A stretch of 64,000 bases of DNA from Malacoraja senta (Eukaryota). The stretch lies in NCBI GenBank assembly GCA_038087875.1, contig CM075991.1, positions 124,001 to 188,000 of the forward strand, written 5' to 3'. A program made the translations under genes and the position numbers. The notes beneath the pieces are model-generated. The model was not told the origin of the DNA and searched no databases. It saw only the letters and a program-made list of their open reading frames with translations. Shown here piece after piece: positions 52,580 through 61,999 of the stretch (position 1 is its first letter; each line of letters opens with the position of its first letter).

Positions 52580-52871
52580 GCCTCTGCTGAATGCTGAGCA
52601 AGGAGCAGTGTATGCACTCAATTTAACAGAAGGTGAAGACATTCCCGTTCAGCAAACCCAATTCCCCATTCAATCAAGTTTTGCTATGACGATCCATAAA
52701 GCACAAGGACAAATAATGCAGAAGGTGTTGATCTACCTCGACAAACCAGTATTTCAACATGGAAAACTATATGTGTCTCTTGGCCGAGAAAAGATGAAGG
52801 GAAATATCAAAGTTTTCCTGAAGGATGGAACATCGACCAAGAATGTTGTCATTAAAAGCGTGCTTCGTTGA
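52580..52871 (+). pseudogene. Helitron RepHel PIF1-helicase remnant (internally deleted)
   Basis: LNAEQ..VY joined to QFPIQSSFAMTIHKAQGQ..VFQHGKLYVSLGR..TKNVV (PIF1 C-terminal motifs). Confidence 0.85.
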
Positions 52872-53816
52872 ATGATGACTTCAGAGATAAATTCTCAGAT
52901 TTTCTTTGTTAAAATTTGACTGCTGAATCTCTCTTTATTTAAATTGTCTATTTTTTTAATCAACAGCAAAGAGACATAAAGACGCAGTGAGAAGCAACAA
53001 GAGACACAACAAGAATTAACTTAATAATTCTCATCTTTAACATTTAAATTGTTCTTATATTTAAGTCATTCACATTTTAAACTTTAATAAATCCTTTTTC
53101 CACTTTTCATGCCTGCGTGTTCTTCATCACAATGGGAACCTAATGGGCAGGAATGGATGCTCTGTGGGAGAGCCACTAAGAGTGCATGGGGGAGGTTGTG
53201 GGGAGAAGGACTAAATGCGTGGGAGGAGGGGAATGGCAAGGAGCAGAGTGGGGGAGTGAAGGGAGGGGGGATGACTGAGTGAACTGCCAGTGTACTAGGC
53301 GTGAGTGACTGCACTGCCAGCCCACCAGCCGTGAGTAAGTGACTGAACTGCCAGCCCAATAATCCATTCAGTCCATCCTCTCCCCTTCTCTCTCACAGAG
53401 TCTGTCATCTGGTTTGGGCAGAATTTCTGGCAATTTCTCAGCTGCCAGCCTGCCAGGTCTGAATGACTGTACTGCCAGGCCACAGTGACTGAGCTGCCTG
53501 TTCTCAGTGACTGAGCTGCCAGCCCAAGAATCCATTCGGCCCACAATGTTCATACTAGCCCTCTGGAAACCAGTCCCTTCGGCCCACAACACCCATACTA
53601 GCGCAACAGAAAGCCCCCCCCCCCACTGGCCAGCAATATTGGAATTGGTGGAGAGGTGGAATATTGCGTTGGGTGACCAGCCCTCCCGTGTGATGCTGGG
53701 ACCCAACGGGTCCCACTTAGTCTAGTTCAGATATATCGTTGACCACACGAATAATGTCACGGCTTATGCAGATTCATATATATATATATATATACATATA
53801 CCCCTTATGGACGATG

Positions 53817-53910
53817 TACAGTGGCCAATCAATTTACAAATCCGCATTTCTTTGCAAAACTGAGCACGGAGAAATCCCACGCAATCATAGGGAGAACGCG
53901 CAAACTCCAT
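53817..53910 (-). mobile_element. V-SINE (HE1-like) fragment
   Basis: Reverse complement TGGAGTTTGCGCGTTCTCCC..GCGTGGGATTTCTCCGTGCTC resembles 58995-59078. Confidence 0.6.
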
Positions 53911-54214
53911 TCAAATGGATGGAGCTGCTCCCAAACCATGTTGTGATGCACTCCAATAAAATGCTTTCTACGGCGTATCTATAAATTGGTGAGAATTGGT
54001 GGGGACATACTGAACCACCTAAGCCTTCTAAGGCATTGGAATATGTTAAAATAGCTAGAAATTGGGAGCTCCAGCTTGCTAAGGCGGACAGGTTGCTAAT
54101 ATTCGGCGAAACAGTCGCCAAGTCTACGTTTTGGCTCGCACATGTAGATAGAGGTGGCCGCATTCCGAGCACTGAATGCAAAAGACGAGGTTGGAAGAGG
54201 GACATATGACCCTC

Positions 54215-54535
54215 CAGAACCTGGGATCACTTTTCAAGAATAAGGGGCAGGCCAAATAGGACTGAAATGAGGAAAAACCTTTTCACCCAGAGAGTTGTGA
54301 ACATGAGAGCTGTGAAGGCAGTGGAGGCCAATTCACTGGATGTATACAAAATAGAGTTATATTTAGCTCTTAGGGCTAACTGAATCAAGGCACATGGGGA
54401 AAAAGAAGGAACGGGGTACTGATTTTGGATAATCTGCCATGATTATATTAAATGACGGTGCTGGCTCGAAGGGCCGAATGCTGACTGCACCTATTTTCCT
54501 GCACCTATTTTCTATGTTTCCATGTTTCTATGTTT
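54215..54535 (+). mobile_element. CR1 3' end
   Basis: TTCACCCAGAGAGTTGTGAA, GGCTCGAAGGGCCGAATG and a (TTTCTATG)-type tail. Confidence 0.85.
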
Positions 54536-55495
54536 CCCCTCACGGAAGATGGAGGAGAGAGAATATGTGTAGCGACAAGTGTTATACCTGTGGAATTTTG
54601 CTCAAGTATAGGATGGAGATGAGTTGTAGAAAGTATCCATCTTTACTCTCAGTCACACTGAGTCACTCTATAAATAGACATGTTAATGTATGGGCCAAAC
54701 GAATGTATTATATACCCGACGTTTGGCAACATATGCGGACGTGTTATAATAAATGGGAATTCATCCTGCAACATTGCAATTTAGGAAATAAAATAAATGA
54801 AAAATAGTCGTGAACCTGAGTATATGATGGACAGTAAATTCATAGATTTGCCTTTGCATTCCGCCTGAGTCACTTTGATTCTCTTGCGCTCACCGAATCT
54901 GGAACACGCGTTTACCGGGAACACATGAAGACTTTACGTCTTTGCTCAAAAGGGGAAACGCCGAGACTGATTAGTTGACAACGGTTGCCATTAATCTGAT
55001 CGGCCATATGCTGACTGCGCGTGTAATTTCCATGAAGTTATATGTTGGAATAAAATTAGGGAAGTCAGCATTTCGACGGTTATCGGTGGTGTGGCATTGA
55101 TACAATAGAACCCACAGACACGAAAATAGCTTAACATGAAACCATTGGTCAATTAAATCAAAGCCATTGGGAAATAACCAGTGGAATATATTCGCAGCAT
55201 TTCAGCATTCAAGAACAATGACGTCTATATGGTCACGGAGATTCGAGTGTGAAGATGGTTAGACAAATCCAAGTTTCTAAAATGTTGCAGGTACAAATCA
55301 AAAATGAATATTTTGGTTTGCCTTTAATTTATGTGTTTCCATAACATTAAATGATTATTAAAAAACAGCAGGCATAGGTGCTTTGGAGTATCACAGTTGT
55401 CCTCTCATTCCGTAATTCACGGCTCGTCAGCGATCGCAGTCTCACCTGTACACAAAGTTAACACCTCGGGATGGCTAAAAACCAAAACACTTATC

Positions 55496-55538
55496 GCTCT
55501 CTCTCTCTCTCTCTCTCTCGCTCTCTCTCTCTTTCTCT
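55496..55538. repeat. (CT)n microsatellite
   Basis: Direct inspection. Confidence 0.9.
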
Positions 55539-56473
55539 TTGTTGTAGTCAGTGCGCCCAAGATCACACAATCGTCTCGAGTTTAAACATTAAACGCACTG
55601 CACTCTGGCTGAAGTCGGCCATTCATAATGCATGAACGAAACAAAACATCATTAATGTCGTGCGCATTGTTACGTAATTTCCCTGAGTGCGTTCCATGCG
55701 TTCGCACTTAGTAAATGCTATTCTGAAGGTAGTATGTTATTTAGAACCGGAGCTAAGACCGTGGAAAGGATTGTTTGAAGAAGTGAATTCGATGGCTTGT
55801 GAAATGCAGCGACTGCTGGTTAAAATGGTAGTGTGGACGAAATGCAATTAACATATTCCGAATTGTTCCGAATTGGCAGATGAAAACCACACGTGAAAAC
55901 CCGAAACAGAAAAGAAATGGTTTATATTATATCTGAAACTTAATCGGACTAAACATTCGTCATCTGTCAGTACGGCTGGAGCTTGGTTGGCGAACTGACC
56001 AACATATCATTGATACAATTCAGAAAAGTGCGATTGAGGTTATTGTACAGCAATCGAATGCAAAGGAGATACTTTACACCGCACAAGCTGGAATCATGAG
56101 CGAATAGCAAACTGCACGAGAAATTCAGAGAGTCAGGCAACCCCTACGAAGGGACCACACACAAATTATGTACCGGATTGGGATGTGCAGAAGTCAAAGG
56201 TGAAATGAAAACAGATATTGCGTTGTTCTAATGTGGATGGTTGCTGTGAAAAAGCAGCAGGTGGGTGAGGTCCGACGCGATGTGACTATAATGGGTCCGT
56301 CACTTCCGAGCAGTTCTTTCTGACAGTTTCAACAGAAACTACTGCCCGGTCTAAACCAATGTCGTCGATCGACACTGGAAGCCCTTTCGACTAGAATCCA
56401 ATCACTCGTGTAGTTCAGCAGGATGCTACTTACCATGTTTCTCTGACCAGATGCCCCTGCTCAACCGATTGAT

Positions 56474-57372
56474 TTATTTTCTAATCACTCGAATAATTGC
56501 CTCCACTGGATACTTCACTGTGTTCACAAACTCCATTCTGAACTTGGCCTGAGTCACTCCATAAATAAAAGTGTTGGTACAAAGGCTGAGGTTCTGTAGT
56601 ATGTACCCGAACTGACCAAATATATATTCGGGGGGGTTGTAATAATTGGGATTTCTTCCTGCAACGTTATAATATAAATAATCCACAACAGTTGTTACCC
56701 ACAGAAGTATGAAACTGCCAGATATAGTGAAAAGCAAAATTATAGACCTCCTTCTGCTCTCCATCTCTGGATCATTCTGATTTCCCACATTTCCTTGACC
56801 CCTCAGTGCCTTACGAACGCGACTCGCCAATAAAATGTGCCTGACTGTCAGAATATTAAAGAGCACAATTACGGCGAAAGGGAGTAATGGAACGACTATC
56901 TTATCCAACCGGCCATATTCCACCCATACTGGATCCCGATAATACGATGGTTTTCTATCACAGAACCAAGGAACGTTATTAATTATCACTCTAGGTTTAG
57001 AGATGAAATAGAAAGGAACGTTTTTTAAACAGATCAGGGCTCCTGTTGTTCCCAGAACCACAAGCGCAGTTTTTCCGGTGCAATATTTTGGTTTCAACCT
57101 CTGGCAACAAATGAGGACAAAGCGATCAAAAGTGAACATGACGGTAAACCAGACCGAACAGTCTCTGGTGGCGCACATAAGGACGAATATTACGTTGCAG
57201 TGCGGATAGATATCGAGAAAAGTTCCGGAGAAGTAAAAACTGACCCGTCTCAGAATGACGGCGGTGACGACTGCCAGAAGGTCCGCCGCCGCCATCACGG
57301 TCAAATAGCGAGTGGTGCAAGTGGACAGACCGCACTTTCCCCGGGATAGGATGCCGATTGCAACTAAATTCA
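56474..57372 (-). CDS. Class A GPCR, GPR139/GPR142-like, exon 2
   Basis: Acceptor CACTAAT..tttccttgtttacag; VNLVAIGILSRGKCGLS, YL..MAAADL, DCSVWFTV.FTFDRF, LPF, SGSFILLW, CTNTFIY; hydrophobic TM segments; stop at 56474-56476. Confidence 0.92.
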
Positions 57373-58502
57373 CTGTAAACAAGGAAACGGATTGCATATT
57401 AGTGACAAAGCTTCTACCTTGCCTGAGATCTAATCTGAAGATATGGACTATGTAATTGATATGTTTCGATTTCGGTTGGAGTTCGGTGCGAAATTTGAAA
57501 TTATTTTCAGCGCTGTTCCGGACACGACATTTCCTCAAGGGGAATGAACTCCATTTACGTCTCCCGTGGGCCAGACAAGAACTGCCCCAAAATCACGTTG
57601 CTGAAAGAGAGTCCAGTGGTCAGAAAATAATCATCAGCTATTTGGACAGACATATGGATGGGAAATGTTCAGAGTGATATGGGTCTAAACGAGGACAATT
57701 AGTGGCCAGCTTAGATGGGGCTTTTTGGTGGACAGGGATGAGTTTTTCGTGCACGCTCGCAGTGATTCGGAACTTCAGAATAAATATATGTATCAGCAAT
57801 GCATTGTAGAACGACAAAATGAATGTAAATGTGATTAGTGTACGGACGTACTTCATGGTCGGCTAAATTGGGCATATTTCAATGTAATTCGACTTTCGGA
57901 AACTCCCAAAACCACCGATCACAGAAACTGCACGTTGCCGTGTAAACGACAGTGTCACGCATTACATTTCGCTTCCTTGATCGTGAAGTTTCCTTGACTT
58001 CCTGACAGTCGCTCAGAGGTCAACATGAAGGCACAATAGAAATTAATGTAAACGACACGGGACGCGCAGTTGCCAGATAACAAAAGCAAAAGCAGCGAGT
58101 TATGGCCCACTTTAAGGTAATCGGTCTTCATTAAATAGGAATGGGAGATTAATGGGAGGGTTTAAACTTCGTCTCAATTTAATCACTGTGCAATATACGA
58201 ATTAACATCCCAGCAAATCCGTAACTGTCAATCAGTGTGTGATCAAATTATAAATCTCGGTGTTTCAGACTTCATACCTTTATAACGAAAAACAATTCAA
58301 TGAAGAGGTATTACAATTTATCATCGTTGTGTTCTGTATAGTTCACAATGACACATGTTTTCCTCGTTTATAAATCTAAGTTATTTTTACATTGTTCACA
58401 ATGATTTAGTAAAGCCAACTGTCGGTGCAGCGGATCCTCCGTTTAAGAAACGGAACCAAGTGTGAAGGCGATTCTGAATATACATCGCTGACATCCACTT
58501 AC

Positions 58503-58569
58503 CGAGAACCCCAAGAATAGCAATAATGATGTAGAATACTCTCTGGAAAGTGTTAAATGCCTCCAACAT
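58503..58569 (-). CDS. GPR139/GPR142-like GPCR, exon 1
   Basis: ATG at 58569; MLEAFNTFQRVFYIIIAILGVL plus one G, then a GTAAGT donor. The phase-1 join gives GTG-AAT (VN) and completes TM1; 321 aa in total. Confidence 0.88.
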
Positions 58570-58628
58570 TCTCTCCGCGAATGACGTGGTCCGGCGCACA
58601 GAAAGACGTTCAGATGTACCGCTGCGGT

Positions 58629-58660
58629 GACTGATTACCTGCCGAACTTTATAATTTATA
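58629..58660 (-). promoter_or_regulatory. TATA box and initiator of the GPCR gene
   Basis: Minus-strand TATAAA at 58660-58655 (a second at 58653-58648) and TCAGTC at 58634-58629, about 28 nt downstream of the TATA and about 60 nt before the ATG. Confidence 0.6.
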
Positions 58661-58912
58661 GTTTGTGGGTTACCCAAGGGGGAGGCCTCGTTGTGACATT
58701 TTTGAGAGGATCTACCTTTCAGATAATTGAAAATACATGACGACATCGCAGTTAATTCGAAGTTATGTTGCAATATCTGAGACTTGATTGGGATGTGAAC
58801 AAACCTGATGCAGGGGAATGGAAATCCACGCGTGGAAACAAGCACAATTAGTGTACAATTTCTGATTGAACAAACATAGGTTTGTAAATTAGGAAAGTTG
58901 CAGTCATAGTAT

Positions 58913-59078
58913 GGCGGCTCAGTGGCGCAACTGGTATAAATGTTACGGCACAATACCGGACACCCGGGTCTGTTCGCAACCTCGGATGTTGTCTGTGTGT
59001 AGTTTGAACATTTTCTCTGTGACCGCCGGGGTTCTTCCGGGTGCTCTGGTTTCACCCCACATCCCAAAGACGTGCGGA
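58913..59078 (+). mobile_element. tRNA-derived V-SINE (HE1-like), partial
   Basis: GGCGGCTCAGTGGCGCA (A box), CCCGGGTCTGTTC (B-box-like) and V-domain TCCGGGTGCTCTGGTTTC..CCACATCCCAAAGACGTGCGG. Confidence 0.75.
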
Positions 59079-59179
59079 TCTATGCCATTTGTTTTATATT
59101 TGCCCAATACCCAAATCTCATTTGCCGCTGGAGGAATGTGTCTCTCTGTAACCTGGCTATTTAAGTGTATATTGTATCG

Positions 59180-59475
59180 AGATCTATGACTGGAAGCGCA
59201 TAGTTCCTTGAAAGTGGCATCGTAAGTAGATAAGGTTGTGAAGAAGGCTTTTAGTACGGCCGGGTTCATCATTCAGCGCAATGAGTATAACAATGGAGTG
59301 GTAATTACAGATATTGCAATTGTACAAGACATTGGCAGGCCGTACCTAGAGTGCTGTATTGGAAACATGCTACATTAAAGATGTCATTAAGCTGGAAAGT
59401 ATACTGGAAAGTTCATTTCCGAAGACGTTGTGAAGACTCATGGGTCTAAGCTATGTGGAAACGTTTAGCGGGCCT
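59180..59475 (+). mobile_element. Old CR1 ORF2 fragment
   Basis: Resembles 36165-36430 (catagttccttgaaagtgg..tagataaggttgtgaagaaggctttt..ttgtacaagacattgg). Confidence 0.65.
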
Positions 59476-59680
59476 GGTAGGAGGGCATGAGACTGAAAAA
59501 TGGCCACATAAAGTCCGTGGGCCGAACAACGAAAATGTCTGTTTTCTAATTGAAATTTGGCAAAGATTTAGATAAAATTTAAATGAGAAGGAATTCATAA
59601 CTCGCCAATGCAAAATGTTGCACACTAATTAATTACGCCAATTAGAAAAATTAACAATGCCCTCTAGTGCTGAATAATAG

Positions 59681-59812
59681 GTAACTCTTCACCGCAGGAA
59701 TTTCAGTCTTTTAGTCCGTGATCTGCGGGGAGAGGACGCTGGTGAATATAAGGTGACTTTTGGAAAATATTCAGGAAGTGAAACTCAGGCAAGAGTCCGA
59801 CTGGAGGTGAAC
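59681..59812 (+). pseudogene. Immunoglobulin V-set domain exon remnant (D to G strands)
   Basis: Manual translation VTLHRRNFSLLVRDLRGEDAGEYKVTFGKYSGSETQARVRLEVN followed by GTGAGT. Confidence 0.7.
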
Positions 59813-59921
59813 GTGAGTGTGACTGCCGCAGAGGTCCCGAGTTTCACCGGCTCCCGAACCCGCCTAATTAATGAGAGAGTGCAGATCCTGTGTGTTCCCC
59901 AATTTACTGAACCCCACTGAC

Positions 59922-60116
59922 GCTGGAGTAACTCAACGGGTCAAGCAGCATCGCTGGAGAAAATGGATAGGCAACGTATCGGGTCCAGACCCTTCTTCAG
60001 TTTGAGAGAGAACCTAAAGATATCTGTGTCTCTCAGTCAGAAAAAGGGACTCGACCCCGAACGTCACCTATTCCTTTTCTCCAGGGATGCCACCTGCCCC
60101 GCTGTGTTACTCCAGC
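59922..60116. repeat. About 195-bp palindrome of Penelope-type terminal repeats
   Basis: Arms 59922-60001 and about 60036-60116 are imperfect reverse complements; a third half-copy lies at 60500-60594. Confidence 0.7.
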
Positions 60117-60651
60117 ATCGTCCGTCTACCAGAGGAAATATGTTTGTTTTAGGTCCTTTGCACGAACCAGTATCCAGGATCGCTGGACCTGATCTGGACG
60201 AGTAAGTAGATTTTTCTTTAAGTCTTAGCGGCCTCAATCACCGCCTGACCTCGGGCTGTCTCCCAACTTATCTCGGAGAATGAAGCACGACCCGTGGTAC
60301 ATTTTGGGGTCACGATGAGGCGTATCCCCTCTCTGTGTAGCGAGATCATTCCTCACTGCATTGCAGGGAACCTGTTGATTAACATCGATCCAACCGCCGC
60401 GCTCGTGGTAACTGAAATGAACTGGCGGACCTATCCCCTCCCTCCGGTAATCGATGAGATTTGTTGTATTCCTCGCTCCCGGGTTTTATCAATTCAAGGT
60501 AGACAAAAATGCTGGAGCAACTCAGCGGGCACTGAGGCAGCATCTATGGAGCGAAGGAAATAGGCAACGTTTCAGGTCGAACCCCTTCTTCAGAATTGAT
60601 CTTACCAATTCAAACTTGTGTGATTCTTGTGCTTTTTGTTTCTTATTTCAG

Positions 60652-61160
60652 TACAGCAAAGATGCCAGAGGAGTGGTGGAATGTTCGTCCTGCAGCATCT
60701 GGGAGGTCAGGAGAACTGCTGGTGTCGCTACGACAGCGACTGTGGGAATTGTGTCCAAGTGCAGATGTTTACACACTATATTAGGGAACTGCAACTGCAA
60801 CTGATGACCCCAGGTCATCTGGCAGAATGAGCACTTCTCAGAGAGCACATCCTGAGGTTTCACGCCTAAAGTGCAGGAAGAAAGTAGCTGGGCGGCCACG
60901 AGGAAGGGTAATAGCCAGGTAGTGCAGATGATCACTATGGTCATTCACCGTCAGTAGAGATGTACAGTTGGAGAATGTTCGGGGGTTGGGGAAAATGACA
61001 CATCATGGTTGAGCACGCTTATCAGGCAGGGCTGCGGCACTGAGCCTGGTTCGGTGGTAGAACAAGGAAGAGTAATGTCACACGGAGCCGTAGTGATAGG
61101 TGACTCGTTATTTAGCGGGTTGGAGAGGTTCTTCTGTGGCAGCAATAGAGTCCCCATGTT
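60652..61160 (+). mobile_element. Degenerate CR1 ORF1 fragment
   Basis: VECSSCSIWEV..CGNCVQVQ and AVVIGDSLFSGLERFFCG. Confidence 0.7.
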
Positions 61161-61264
61161 TAATGTTCAATGGAAGTTAGGCAAAAGGAAAACAAATCAT
61201 GTCTGCTTATCAGGTTGCATTTGGCGTATTGTGAGCAAAGTTTTGCCGCACATCTAAGGAAGAA

Positions 61265-61797
61265 CTAGACTAAGTGGGACCCTTTGGGACCCATGTTCAT
61301 ACTGGTCTCCCGACGCAATACTCCACCTCTCCAACAATTCCAATATTGTTGGCCAGTTGGGGGGGGGGGCTTTCTGGAGCGCTAGTGTGGGTGTTTTGGG
61401 CCGAAGAGACTGGATTCAAGAGGGCTAGTATGGACATTGTGAGCCGAATGGATTATTGGGCTGGCAGCTCAGTCACTCAGGCCTGGTGGGCTGGCAGCTC
61501 TGTCACTCAAGCCTTGTGGGCTGGCAGCTCAGTCACTCAGGCCTGGTGGGCAGCTCAGTCACTCAGGCCTGGTGGGCTGGCAGCTCAGTCACTCAGGCCT
61601 GGTGGGCTGGCAGCTCAGTCACTCAGGCCTGGCGGGCTGGCAGCTCAGACACTCAGGGCTCGTGAGCTGGCAGCTCAGTTACTCAGGGCTGGCGGGCTAG
61701 CAGATCAGTCACTCAGGGCTCGTGGGCTGGCAGCTTAGAAACTGCCAGAAATTCTTCCCAAAACAGGCAAGAGACTCTGTCAGAGAGAAGGGGAGAG
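61265..61797 (-). mobile_element. Helitron 3' end with about 9 copies of a 30-bp repeat (61459-61735)
   Basis: Reverse complement of 53375-53725, including the hairpin and CTAG|T; unit GGCTGGCAGCTCAGTCACTCAGGCCTGGTG. Confidence 0.8.
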
Positions 61798-61999
61798 GGT
61801 GTAGAATCAAGTTTAGTCATGTTTCATCTTTTTCTGCAGATCACAGCAATGAAGGAGGAAAGTCTATCCTGGCCTTGATCTCACAGGGAGAAAATAAAGG
61901 GAGGGAGGAGAATACTGCGGTGAGGTTTAATACCTACAGGGGGAATACTTACTGATGGGCCGAAGGGACTTCTCCTGGGCTAGTACAGGCCTGATGGGG

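Larger units (their letters stand above)
43143..53725 (+). mobile_element. Composite non-autonomous Helitron with nested insertions
   Basis: A|TCTATTTTACTAAAA 5' end; 3' hairpin TGGGACCC-AAC-GGGTCCCA then CTAG|T; PIF1 helicase remnant near the 3' end. Pairing the two ends as one element is inferred. Confidence 0.65.

Noticed and set aside
57373..57538. N-terminal 55 aa of the 354-aa ORF
   Set aside because: Intron read-through: a branch point and acceptor precede 57372, and exon 1 supplies the missing half of TM1.
58396..59067. 223-aa ORF
   Set aside because: Chance frame spanning a SINE, the promoter, the 67-nt exon 1 and intron sequence.
59478..59666. Possible MITE with TAG(G)AGGGCAT / ATGCCCTCTA ends
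   Set aside because: The terminal match is short and imperfect and I found no TSD.
60630..60830. Splice acceptor before the CR1 ORF1 fragment as evidence of an Ig-ORF1 chimeric gene
   Set aside because: The exon phases do not lead into the ORF1 frame and the fragment is frameshifted.
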